DNA of 41,996 nt from Octopus bimaculoides (lineage: Eukaryota): positions 77,141,128 through 77,183,123 of the forward strand of contig NC_068984.1 in the NCBI RefSeq assembly GCF_001194135.2. Direction: 5' to 3'. The translations under genes and the position numbers were made by a program. Below, piece after piece: positions 24,906-37,477 of the stretch (within the stretch, counting starts at the first letter, position 1; each line of letters opens with the position of its first letter). Under the pieces are notes generated by a model that saw only the letters and a program-made list of their open reading frames with translations, searched no databases and had not been told where the DNA came from.

Positions 24906-25749
24906 CTGTGTTACAAAAGAGGAAATTATGCGAGAAAGAAAAATAAGAAAGAAGAGAAACCGAGAGAGAAAGAGGGGAAGTCAGAAATTCAACGTTGATG
25001 AACAAATGTGATGATGCAATATATAAACGGACAAAGGCGCTCTTATGAATTGGGAGACGCTTTTAAGATAAGGTATCCTAAGGAGGCAGTGTCAAAAATA
25101 AATAAAATAAGTGTTGTTTTCAGATTTACTAGAAAGATAGATAGATTGATAGGACGATGGCTAAAATAGAGAGAAGAGAGCAAAACGAATGATAGACGGA
25201 CAGACAAATAGACAGATAGATAGATAGGTTGCTAGCTAGCTAGCTAGATAGATAGAAAGACTGACAGGCAGATAGACAGAGGGAAAGAGAAAGATTGTGC
25301 GCGTGTATTGGAGTGTTAATGGCAGGAAATCAAGTTCATCTTCTGCGTAAATATAAAATAACAACTGTAATAGTTACATGAATAGCAATCTTTAACGAAA
25401 TCTGCTTTAAACTAAGTGAACAACACTAATAACATCGGGAAGAAAGTAAATGTTAAAATAAATAAATAAATAAAAACAGAATTTGTTCATTTTGGTAAGA
25501 ATTTAAAACAGAGGTATATTGATTAACGTGTTTAATACAGCATCCTGAATTTCGCAACGAAGCAAATACTTGGCATAAACATTCACGTAAAATAGTTCCT
25601 TGGTTAAAATTTAAGATTAATATCTTAAAAAGAAAAAAACAGGGTCTTTGTTGAATTCCTTACATTCATCATCACTTACAAATATAATGAATATCGTTTT
25701 TACTTTTCATCAGGGCTATTTTTCTTTCATCCTTTGACTTTATTTCTAA

Positions 25750-26500
25750 GCACAGCTGTGTGCATCTTGGATTTGTGCGGTGCTTTGTTTAGTATTTGCA
25801 TTTTCTGTTGTATTGAAATTATAGAGAAATTGGTGGGTAGTACCTAGTCTGAACGCGAGACATATTTTATGTTTTACTATTGTGGTTCTGTATTTTTCTC
25901 TATGATCCTCAGTTAGGCTAAAGGGACTATTTCTGTTTTTGAGTTTCTATATTAAGGTTTACAGCAATTTGCATATTTTAATAATTTCTAAATTTCCTCC
26001 ACGATCGCCTTTTGGGATTAATGCTTCAATTAGAAGATACTTCCTTTCTTCGAAATATTTGACAACATTCGGCCAGTTTATCTGGATCTCCTTGCCTGTG
26101 TAGATTTGTATATCGCAAAGCAAAGGTACTCTGTCATTCTCAGTTTTTACAATACTCTATCCCTATTTCATAATGCTGGCATAATTTGGAGTCTAACATT
26201 GGACAGCCAAAGACAATTTATGGTAAATTGTTTACGTATTAAGTAGTAAATGTATTCTGCTTCATTAAACGGTTTCACCTTGTACCACAATCAAAATTCA
26301 GTTTCAGATTTGAGTCCTGCGTTTCTGAGCTACTGTTGTAGGTTTCTGTTTTTATATCAACATCGTTCATATTTTTTTTTCTTCGGGAGTTGGTCGTGTA
26401 GATGCATTTGTTGCTTTATAATGGCGTATAAGTACCCATTTAAGCTTAGCTTTTAGCTTTTTGCAATTTTTGTTGTTGTCTCTCCTCACAATTGCATATC
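25750..26500 (-). mobile_element. Old, highly decayed R4/Dong-like LINE C-terminal region
   Basis: Minus-strand pieces LRNAGLKSETE, IVFGCPML, KLCQHYEI and ENDRVPLLCDIQIYTGKEIQINWPNVV are colinear with the 14651-16707 protein. Confidence 0.7.
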
Positions 26501-26889
26501 ATTTCACTCTTTATGTTGACAGAAAACAGTTTTACGTTTTATTCGTGTTTCATGGCTTTTTTATATTTACATTTACTAGAAATTTCCAGAGCCTTACAAC
26601 GAATATTTTATAATAGTTCTATAATTACGTAAGGCGCCCACCTCTCTGTATTTACGGTAAATATAAACCTCCTATGTTAGAGTCTTGGAGTTGGATTCTA
26701 AATTCAGTTACTTTCATTTATTTTTCAAAGCAGTCTTTTATTTCCTTTAGCATCTAGTGGAGAATATTCTAGACATTTTGGGATAGGTATAGCATTGATA
26801 ACTATTAACTATTTTGTTTTTCTCATTTAACTCTTGTTCTTGTTCATGTTACTCTTGTCATTGAATTTCAAAATTGAAAGCACCTCGAA

Positions 26890-27030
26890 CTAAATGTCGA
26901 GAGCATTTAGTTTCATTATTTTGCCTTCTGAGTTCAAATCCTGCTGGTATTAACTTTTATCTCTCCATTCGATAGAATAAGTAGCAACCAATCTAATCGA
27001 TTGTCCCTCTTATCAAACTTTGGCCTTTTG
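26890..27030 (+). mobile_element. Degenerate SINE family B
   Basis: It retains TTCTGAGTTCAAATCC and GATAGAATAAGTAGC remnants. Confidence 0.5.
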
Positions 27031-27190
27031 ACTCATTTAAAATATTCCTCCTCCTCCTCCTCCTCCTCCTCCTCCTCCTCCTNNNNNNNNNNNNNNNNNN
27101 NNNNNNNNNNNNNNNNNNNNNNNNNNNNNNNNNNNNNNNNNNNNNNNNNNNNNNNNNNNNNNNNNNNNNNNNNNNNNNNNNNNNNNNNNN

Positions 27191-27222
<32 letters not shown>

Positions 27223-27773
27223 GAATGACAACAGAAAAACCATAAAATTTTGCTAGAAGCACATAGTTATGTCACAAGTGTGTAATAAGGTTGCGACGTT
27301 TGATTTACAGGTATTGCCCACTCGTATGTTTCAGTCTCATTAGTTGAGTTTTTACCTCGTGTGTAAATATCACGTCTGGCCTGAGCAAATTCTCAACTGA
27401 TTATTCACATCGACGCAAAACTATCAGTCAAAAATCTTTTAAATGGCGACAGATTCATTTAGAGTTAAGTCAACGATCTCCATCAGTCTCTTGATTGGCG
27501 ACTCTGAAATGGAGGGAATTTGTTGGCGATATTACTGATCTTTACTTAAATGGATCTTGAATTGATAGGATTGAAATATATTTTCGATTAGGTGATAACC
27601 TGCTTGTATCCTTGTAGGATCCATCTACTCTCCGGGGTCAATGTTACGGAGATCGTTAGTATATCTACACCGAGGATCGCCTTGCACAAGATTTAGATAG
27701 GTCTCCTGCCTTCATTCTATCTTTGCTAGTTTACTCAGCTTGCTCATAGCAAGGTACAAGAATCATGACGTCA

Positions 27774-27922
27774 TGCTGAAAAGTTCCTGGTTTAAAGCTT
27801 GGTTAGACACCAACCATCAATTCTTTTACAGAGCTTAGAAAAACTGAAAGGCCGCTGCAATAAGTGTGTGAATGAAAGAGGTAAATATGTTGAGTAAAAT
27901 CATAATTAACTTATTCTCCAGG
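27774..27922 (+). mobile_element. Mariner-derived MITE, 3'-truncated copy
   Basis: It begins TGCTGAAAAGTTCCT and shares AGAAAAACTGA...GCTGCAATAAGTGTGT...AAAATCATAATTAAC with the other copies. Confidence 0.7.
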
Positions 27923-29370
27923 TGATACAACCAGTTATTCCTTTTCCAATCGATCTATATTTGATGTTTCTAAATCGGAAATGACATTCAGGTCGAAATA
28001 ACTGTTGCTAAGAAATATATCTTCTATCTGACTAGGGAAATTGTGCTGTTGCAGTGCAAACTCGACTTTTTAGCGATATAAATCAATAGATACTGCTCAG
28101 ATCCAACAACGACTACGTCGTTTCTGCTATCATTTTCTGAGGTGAACTGTGAAACTACACCATTGTACAATAATTCTCTTCCTATATATGTGTGTATATA
28201 TGTATGTATGTATGTATGTATCTATCTATCTATCTATNNNNNNNNNNNNNNNNNNNNNNNNNNNNNNNNNNNNNNNNNNNNNNNNNNNNNNNNNNNNNNN
28301 NNNNNNNNNNNNNNNNNNNNNNNNNNNNNNNNNNNNNNNNNNNNNNNNNNNNNNNNNNNNNNNNNNNNNNNNNNNNNNNNNNNNNNNNNNNNNNNNNNNN
28401 NNNNNNNNNNNNNNNNNNNNNNNNNNNNNNNNNNNNNNNNNNNNNNNNNNNNNNNNNNNNNNNNNNNNNNNNNNNNNNNNNNNNNNNNNNNNNNNNNNNN
28501 NNNNNNNNNNNNNNNNNNNNNNNNNNNNNNNNNNNNNNNNNNNNNNNNNNNNNNNNNNNNNNNNNNNNNNNNNNNNNNNNNNNNNNNNNNNNNNNNNNNN
28601 NNNNNNNNNNNNNNNNNNNNNNNNNNNNNNNNNNNNNNNNNNNNNNNNNNNNNNNNNNNNNNNNNNNNNNNNNNNNNNNNNNNNNNNNNNNNNNNNNNNN
28701 NNNNNNNNNNNNNNNNNNNNNNNNNNNNNNNNNNNNNNNNNNNNNNNNNNNNNNNNNNNNNNNNNNNNNNNNNNNNNNNNNNNNNNNNNNNNNNNNNNNN
28801 NNNNNNNNNNNNNNNNNNNNNNNNNNNNNNNNNNNNNNNNNNNNNNNNNNNNNNNNNNNNNNNNNNNNNNNNNNNNNNNNNNNNNNNNNNNNNNNNNNNN
28901 NNNNNNNNNNNNNNNNNNNNNNNNNNNNNNNNTATATATACACATATTCATATACATACATCTATGCATTATATATAAATATATACACATAAATATATAC
29001 CTTAATATGTATGTATGTACATATACACAAATATATGGAAGCTCTTGTGATTGATGTGTGTTAACGCACTCAAAACATACATATTTAGAACCGTATATAC
29101 ACAGTACAAAGTTCGTGTATATAGTATAGGCATGCCCCCAAAATTAAGAGGATGGCTTTGAAATCGTGCAGCCTCTGTTTTAATGCCACTACAGGATATC
29201 TAGGAAACATATTTTTCAAAATAACTTTCAGTCCACCGAAGCTTGTGAAAAAGTATGCAGAAACTGAGTGAAGCTTTTTTAGTTGAACTTTACATGTTCT
29301 TTAAAGGTTAGCTCTATAGAGCAATGTATTACGCCGTGTCGGTATATCAATTACATTTACGGGACAAATA

Positions 29371-30656
29371 TCAGGTCATCCCATAAGTTCTGTCTCATTT
29401 TATCTATTTTTAAAATTGAATGAAATTTAATAGCATTTTAGAATGTCTAATGGAATTAAAAATTATTTTTATGCATTTGTGTACATTTAAACTAATTAAA
29501 TATTATTTTACAGAATAATAGAATTAAAATTTCATTGATTAAAACCCTTTCTAACATGGAGGTATCCAAAGCGTATATAAGGCACATAATGCTTTATGAG
29601 TACAAAAAAGGAAACTCTGCAGGCGAAGTGACTCGAAACATACACTCAGTTTATGGGAAAGAATGCTTGAATGAAAGAACGTGCAGAAGATGGTTTGCAA
29701 AATTCAGAAGTGGAGTTTCAGCCTTGAAGATAAAGATCGAACAAGGCGTCCAGTTGAGTTTGATGATAAGCTCCTTGAGGCATTACTTGAAGAAACTCCT
29801 GCATTATCAGTTGAAGAATTGGCAATAAAGCTTAGTTCCAACCATACAACTGTTCATCGTTATCTTCAACAACTTCGAAAGGTTCCTAAACTTGGAAAAT
29901 GGGTGCCTAATGAATCGTCCGAAAGCAACCGCAAATCCCGAGTTGACAACTGCTCTTTTCTTCCTTCTCACGAACTCATTTCATCCTTTTTGGATAGACT
30001 TGTGACTGGTGACAAAAAGTGGATCTTCTATCGAAATGTTAAATATCGTAAACTACTTGGTGATAGGGAAAAAGCTAAATCACAACCGAGAAGGGAACTT
30101 CATGAGAAAAAGATTCTTCTCTTTGTCTGGTGGGATTGCAAAGGAGTAATTCACTTTGAATTGTTACCACCTAATGCAACAATCAATACTCAAGTCTACT
30201 GTCAGCAATTAGAGCGTTTGAACCAAGCTTTGAAGGAAAAAAAGATCCGCTTTAGTGAATCGAAAAGGAGTGATGTTTCATCAGGACAATGCGCGACCCC
30301 ACACTGCAAAGATCATATCACAGAAGATCGAAGAGCTTGGTTGAGAAAAAAATCCTCATTCACCTTATTCTCGCAACCTTGTTCCTTCAGACTACCAATT
30401 GTTTCGTAGTTTACAGAATCATTTAGGGAGCATAGCTTTCGCAAGCCAGGAGGAGGTCGAAACTGACATTTCAGAGTTCTTCGCTTTGAAACCAAAAGAG
30501 ATTTACATTGATGGGCTTAAAAAGCTCGAAAATAGAAGGAAGGAAATCATAGATAATCAGGGAAAGTACATTGATGATTAAATTTCAATTAAATATAACA
30601 TTTGATTACTTGTTTTCTTTATTCAAAATTCGGACAGAACGTATGGGATAACCTGT
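29371..30656 (+). mobile_element. Full-length mariner (DD34D) transposon, 1286 bp, pseudogenised; same family as 11131-12416
   Basis: The TIRs are TCAGGTCATCCCATAAGTTCTGTC and GGACAGAACGTATGGGATAACCTGT, with TA TSDs at 29369-70 and 30657-58. Motifs RWFAKFRSG, LVTGDKKW and VWWDCKGVIHFELL are present, with frameshifts. Confidence 0.95.
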
Positions 30657-30816
30657 TATATATTTAATACTCAGCCATTTACATAACATCACAATGAAGG
30701 GACTGTTCTGGTGATGGAACGACTGGAATATTCATCATAGAAACCTATAAGGGACACACTTAATTTAGACATTTCTATAGAAAACATATATGTATGCATA
30801 TATGTGTATGTCTGTA

Positions 30817-31034
30817 TGCGAGGACTGCTGAAAAGTTCCTTGTTTTAAAGGTATCACGAAAGGCCTGGTTGGAATGTAACTTTCGGAGTTCTTCCGAAGG
30901 CATAGTAAAGCTGAATGATCGCTGCAATAAGTGTGTTAATCTCAGGGGAGGTGTACGTTGAATAAAATTATAATTAACTGATCTTCCTGTATTTTTTTTA
31001 ACCCAAAGCTAGGAACTTTTCAGCACACCCCTCA
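30817..31034 (+). mobile_element. Complete mariner-derived MITE (about 220 bp)
   Basis: A perfect 15-bp inverted repeat, TGCTGAAAAGTTCCT (30826-40) / AGGAACTTTTCAGCA (31011-25), lies within TA flanks. The interior keeps the transposase C-terminal remnant DRCNKCVNLRG. Confidence 0.85.
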
Positions 31035-31523
31035 TATGTCTACGTAGAGACTACTTTAAAATTTACATATTCTCTCACGCATGATAATGCTAGAGTGCAT
31101 TTTGTGAGCCTTTGTTCTCATAAGTGTAGCCGGACTATCGCCATCGCCATCACTACTAACTGTACCACTATTACTAACTGTATATCTTAACTTTATCTCA
31201 ACGTTCCTTCCTATCCATCGTAACCAATATCCTCTCTGACCATGTCAAAAGGAAAACCGCATTTGTCGTCTGCTTATCTAAGTTAAGTAACGGCTGGGCT
31301 ACTCAGAATTCAACTAAGTTACCGTTTCGGAAATCTGGTAATCAAGCTGTTGTAAGCATAAAAGACAAGTCATCGAGAGTTCACCTCTGTGTTCGATGAA
31401 CCTAGTAGAATCAGAAGAAAGACAGGGCGATTGGCCAATATTGATGTAGATATACAAAAAGTCGAGTTCGTCATATGGGTGCTTGTGTTCGAAAGCAGCG
31501 GCAGAGGTGATCTACAACACCCA

Positions 31524-31524
<1 letters not shown>

Positions 31525-31596
<72 letters not shown>

Positions 31597-31608
31597 CTTC
31601 TTCTTCTT

Positions 31609-31688
<80 letters not shown>
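31525..31688 (+). repeat. Compound (CTA)n(CTT)n(TAA)n microsatellite
   Basis: Directly visible. Confidence 0.97.
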
Positions 31689-31689
<1 letters not shown>

Positions 31690-32059
31690 CAGCTTGTTTT
31701 TGTTTTTATCATACCCTTCTACTACTTCTACTCCTGTTTCTTCATCTTTCTTTCCATCTTGCCTTCTTGATTCTTCATTGTGCTTTCTACGTCTTTCCCT
31801 TTCCTCCGTTAAATACACGCATTCTTCCAGTTTGAATGTATAAATACATGTACTGTATTTACTTGACAATCTCAACATTTTCATCTGCTTACTTGTCAAA
31901 TTAATTTTGCTCATAAAGATGATTCTAAAAATGAATATTTTTTTTTTATTGGGCTATAATCTACCGCAAAGAATTTATATGTTAGCATTCTGTTTAATGT
32001 AAAAGAAGCGACATCAACAACACAGCAAAGACAACAAAAACAATAAATAATAATAATTA

Positions 32060-32154
<95 letters not shown>

Positions 32155-32163
32155 GTAATAATA

Positions 32164-32689
32164 AATGCCCGGATGCTTCTGATCTTATTGGAAGTGTTAT
32201 CATGTACATTATTTTGTTTTTGGTATAAAAGATGGGATACAGCAAATATTCTGCTTAATACAACAGATTTGCTTGTCAGTTACTTGACCTTAACCAGTTG
32301 AGCATGTCCTTTAGTGGCTGACAATATGTGCATCTCTGATCATGAGCAGAAGTAGTGGGGGAGCATCATAACCATGTGTTGAGAGGAATTCTTTGGGGTT
32401 TGAATAATTCACCTTTGGAAACATTGGTATTTTGCTCAACATCCTTAAAAAAAACCTTCAGGGACCTTTTGAGCAGGATGGGCTACTCGACCTGAAGAAA
32501 ATTCTAACTGGGCCCCATCTGCAAGGTCATGCGCTGTTTATCTTGATATGAGATCACCATGTCGCGCATATATGGTTGTGATGCACGTGCCTGGTGCACC
32601 CTTATCAGACGGGTAGTCATGATGGGTATAATGGGCTTCATATATTTTACCCCAGTGTCACTTTGATGGCAAGGACTGCTCTCTCACTA

Positions 32690-32690
<1 letters not shown>
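32164..32690 (+). mobile_element. Non-coding interspersed repeat embedded in (AAT)n (long LINE 3' UTR or SINE-like derivative)
   Basis: It is high-complexity sequence between two (AAT)n arrays with no retroelement ORF. Its terminus recurs at 23231-23268. Confidence 0.55.
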
Positions 32691-32763
<73 letters not shown>

Positions 32764-33944
32764 TAATAATAATAATAATAATAATCATCATCATAATAGT
32801 AATAATTTGAAAAGTTTGTATAAATGGTCATTTAAATCAACTGCAGTGTGATTTCGAAGCCCTCAAGAAGTAGAAATCAGATCACTTTTCAAATCTCCCA
32901 TTAAATCCCCCACAGTGTCGACCCATTTGGAAATGCATTTCCTGATTCAGAAAATTATAATTTATAGTATAGAATAAAGTTCTTATAACTCTTATCAACA
33001 TGTTTAAGGCGCTAAAGTCCTGAACTATATTTATCTTATGTTCATACATATGCTTTTAGCTTCTTCTAAGACTTTAGGCAGCTGATGGTGTATAATGCCT
33101 GTGACAGAAAAAAGAGTATTCAAGACTGGTGGGAATAAACAAAGGAGAAGCCACAGCTTATGTGTCATCCACAGAAAGAGGCATCTGTTACGGATGTACG
33201 CAACAAGGAGGATTTTGCTAAATACATCCAAACGCCATGTGATTGCGTGCGATAAAGAGCCATTAAGACCTTCACTCATAATGGCACAGGTGGACAATAC
33301 AAATCCAAACACTGGTTCAGGTTGACCCGGGGATATAATAAAAATACATAAAACAGTAGATCGAAGCTAGTCTCGTGATTTCGAAACGAACTTTCTAGCG
33401 CCAATGTTATACTTGCAACGAAAACTTTGGGGAACTGAAATTCTAAGGAATTTGACTTCATTTACGCTATTCCAAGGATGGATAAACTAAGTATTATTAA
33501 TATACCAAGCATGTTGTAACCACTTTAGGCTATCTTTTCTATGACTGGTTTTCTTTTTATTTATTACTTTACGAAGAATTTATTCTGCCGAAATTATGGC
33601 GTCCATTTTGCTAAGAAAAATAACTCGTAGCGCGTCGCAAAGCCTTTTCCATTTCTATATATCCCACTTCTTCATTCCACATTCATGTTTCCTTTTTATA
33701 ACAATTACATTGTTTCCCTATCTCTTCCATTACGATTCTTTCCTCTCTCTTTCTCTCTTTCTCTTTCTCCTTCACTCACTCTTTCTCGTTCGTTCTCTCT
33801 TTCACTTTATCTCAGTCATTCTTGCTTTCTATTTTCCTAATTTTAACACCGCCGCCTGTTCACCTATACACTTCCATCTTCTCCATTGACTTGACATATT
33901 TCCTCTTACATATGCCTAAAAGCAACAACAACAACACCAACAAA

Positions 33945-33949
33945 TAATG

Positions 33950-34007
<58 letters not shown>

Positions 34008-34048
34008 TAATAATGATAATAATAATAATTATAATAATGATAATAATG

Positions 34049-34103
<55 letters not shown>
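33945..34103 (+). repeat. Long (AAT)n microsatellite with GAT variants
   Basis: Directly visible. Confidence 0.97.
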
Positions 34104-34544
34104 GGTCTTCTTTCACTACTGTTTATAGATACAAAGTTAGTATGAAAAGAAGAAGATACAAAAACAAGAAACAAACCCATACACTGCAAGAAATAAGCTT
34201 TTGTAAGATTTTACATGTTTAGTGCTTTATTCTCTTCATATTCACCGTATCGCTCAAGGTTTGATAATATCATCAATTGAACGCTGTTGCTAAATCTGAT
34301 ATTGTTTGGAAAAAGATGTGTTTCTGGCAACAGTTTTTACTTTATTTTTCAGGAAATATGAAACGTCTTAGTGTCTCCAGAATCCCTTGGGGATTCTGAA
34401 CGGCTGATGCATAGCCGCAATTTCATACCGTTAAGTTGAAAAGAGATCAATTTTCCACTACCATGCCAACATCAACCCCACCGTCACCATAGCCACCGCC
34501 GTTACCATCATCATCACCACCACCATCAGCCTTACAATTACAAC

Positions 34545-34650
34545 AGCCACACACATACACACAACTACCACCACCACCACCACCACCACCACCACCACCA
34601 ACACCACCAACACCACCACCACCACCACCACCACCACCACCATCACCACT
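34545..34650 (+). repeat. (CA)n then (CCA)n microsatellite
   Basis: Directly visible. Confidence 0.9.
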
Positions 34651-35455
34651 GGACAGACTGGGCGCCAGGTTATCAAAGATGCAACTTCTAAATAAGCTGG
34701 TACCTATTCTTTGTTGTTATACGAATCGACGTGTAATAAAATCTGTTGCCCAAATTTGTTGAGTTAAATTGATTGTGGACGCAGATATCTTGGTTGGCCG
34801 ATTTAATATGTAACCCACAATTAATCTTAATGAATAAATGCTTTAACAGACTCCAAACTGTCACAAACATTTAGAGAAGAGAATGTCTATCAAGAACCCT
34901 TCGACCACCGTCATTTGCTCCACCAGTCTTGGAAGCCCCTTGGGAAACGTTATGGTTCTGCTCTACCACTGACTGTATTTTAAGAAAAAACGTGTGTACT
35001 CTACCAATAAGTCTAAATTAGATTTAATGCCAAGGTCTTTTGAATTAATAATATAACAGTTATTACATCCACATTGGTAGTTTTTTTCTTTTAACAGAAG
35101 TCAAGTCCCTCAGAAAAAATTCTTAGTGGTTGAAATGTGATAGGAATTCTCAGTATGCAAAACATAACCGATTACCTGTAGTGCATAGATACATTTGCCG
35201 ACTACAATTTACAGACAGTCATACTGAGAGGAAGGGAAGGAGAGAAATCGATTGACAAAACAGAAAAGGAGAGAGAAGGGAGAAAGGGAACTAAGGACAG
35301 AGAGTATGAAGAAACGGACAATAAATGAGAGCCCATATACGTCTTGAAGAATAATTGAAACAAAACGAACGGAAAATCCATTCAGAGAATATTTTCTTAG
35401 GCGTTAAATTTGGCTTCTTCTGCTTTTAGTTATTAAGGAATGAATGCATCAGAAA

Positions 35456-35600
35456 AATTGGCGCAGTGTGGGTGAGTGGTTAAAGAAGTTCGCTTTACAA
35501 CAACGAGGAAGCAAGTTCGTTCTCACAGCGTGGCATTTGGAACAGTGGTCCTATTTTATGGCTTCGAGTCGGCCAATACTTTGTTTGCGAAATTGGTATA
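35456..35600 (+). mobile_element. Degenerate SINE family A
   Basis: It is colinear with 6972-7100 (GCGTGGCATTTGGAACAGTG, GGCTTCGAGTCGGCCAATACTTTG). Confidence 0.55.
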
Positions 35601-35864
35601 GTGCATATCAATTTATCGGATTGATTGTAGCTGTAATTCAAAAGAAACAGTTTCATACTAATTCAAGTGCAAATAATTCAGTAGACCACCGAACACATGA
35701 CACTGACCTTCCTCTCTCTCACCGACTCCACAAGGGGAGCTTCACTCAGCACCAAAGTCTAAAGAAACGACTAGGACAACCATTATTGAGAATTTCTACG
35801 AGAAAACGTGTTCCAGTGATGATTATTTAAATAAAACGATAAACAGATTCAAGGATACAAGGCT

Positions 35865-35930
35865 TCGCCAGGATCGAACTCACGATCATGAGATGAATAC
35901 CCTAACCACTATACCACATACCTTCACATA
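35865..35930 (-). mobile_element. tRNA-like SINE head only
   Basis: The reverse complement has A-box TGGTATAGTGG and B-box GTTCGATCC, with no complete cloverleaf. Confidence 0.6.
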
Positions 35931-36000
35931 TACATATACAGACACAAATATATATACATATATATCCGTCTGTATGTATGTATAAATGTATGTATGTATG

Positions 36001-36049
<49 letters not shown>

Positions 36050-37436
36050 TTGCATGTGTGCTTATATTTTTAAATTCACACATACATACATATACATACA
36101 TACATAAATACAAACATACATACATACAGGGACTATAAAAATCTGCAAGACCATCTTAAGAGTTAAAGGATGACGATTTAATCAAGATATTTTCCTTCAC
36201 AACCTTGCAGCCAAGTCGCTCAAAATTCACTCTACATTAAAAAAGAAAATGGAACAAGCATACATACATACATACATACATACATACATACATACATACA
36301 TACATACATACATACATACATACATACAAAACAGAAATAATCAGCAATAACATAAATCTTTGGTCAAACAATTAGGAAATAATGAGTTACATAACTCCAA
36401 ATCAGATTTGGAGCTACGTAACTAATTTTTGATAATGAGTCTGAAAAATCAGCAACGTAGTCACTAATAAATATCTTATATGTCGATACATCTAGCTATA
36501 AATTATCAGCCTATATAAAGCATACGTGATTATAAGTGCTAAGCTGACTGATTATTCAAAGGACAAAATCACTAACGATTTTTATATTTTCCCCTCTGTC
36601 TCTACACGTATTAGAAAGATACATCGTTCACTTTTCTTTCTCTGTATCTTTTTGTCTATGTACGTACATGCATGTATATATGTGTTTATAAATGTATATA
36701 TGTATAAATGTATGTATGTATAAATATATATATATATATATATATANNNNNNNNNNNNNNNNNNNNNNNNNNNNNNNNNNNNNNNNNNNNNNNNNNNNNN
36801 NNNNNNNNNNNNNNNNNNNNNNNNNNNNNNNNNNNNNNNNNNNNNNNNNNNNNNNNNNNNNNNNNNNNNNNNNNNNNNNNNNNNNNNNNNNNNNNNNNNN
36901 NNNNNNNNNNNNNNNNNNNNNNNNNNNNNNNNNNNNNNNNNNNNNNNNNNNNNNNNNNNNNNNNNNNNNNNNNNNNNNNNNNNNNNNNNNNNNNNNNNNN
37001 NNNNNNNNNNNNNNNNNNNNNNNNNNNNNNNNNNNNNNNNNNNNNNNNNNNNNNNNNNNNNNNNNNNNNNNNNNNNNNNNNNNNNNNNNNNNNNNNNNNN
37101 NNNNNNNNNNNNNNNNNNNNNNNNNNNNNNNNNNNNNNNNNNNNNNNNNNNNNNNNNNNNNNNNNNNNNNNNNNNNNNNNNNNNNNNNNNNNNNNNNNNN
37201 NNNNNNNNNNNNNNNNNNNNNNNNNNNNNNNNNNNNNNNNNNNNNNNNNNNNNNNNNNNNNNNNNNNNNNNNNNNNNNNNNNNNNNNNNNNNNNNNNNNN
37301 NNNNNNNNNNNNNNNNNNNNNNNNNNNNNNNNNNNNNNNNNNNNNNNNNNNNNNNNNNNNNNNNNNNNNNNNNNNNNNNNNNNNNNNNNNNNNNNNNNNN
37401 NNNNNNNNNNNNNNNNNNNNNNNNNNNNNNNNNNNN

Positions 37437-37477
<41 letters not shown>

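Noticed and set aside
29535-30581. Mariner ORFs as an active or domesticated (SETMAR-like) gene
   Set aside because: The transposase is broken over several frames, intact TIRs and TSDs remain, and no fused domain is present.
34690-34990. Possible GIY-YIG remnant (CGRRYLG)
   Set aside because: It is a single short motif amid stops, with no supporting downstream motifs I could read.
35444-35830. 128-aa ORF
   Set aside because: Its first half is a degenerate SINE A and the rest has no recognisable motif.
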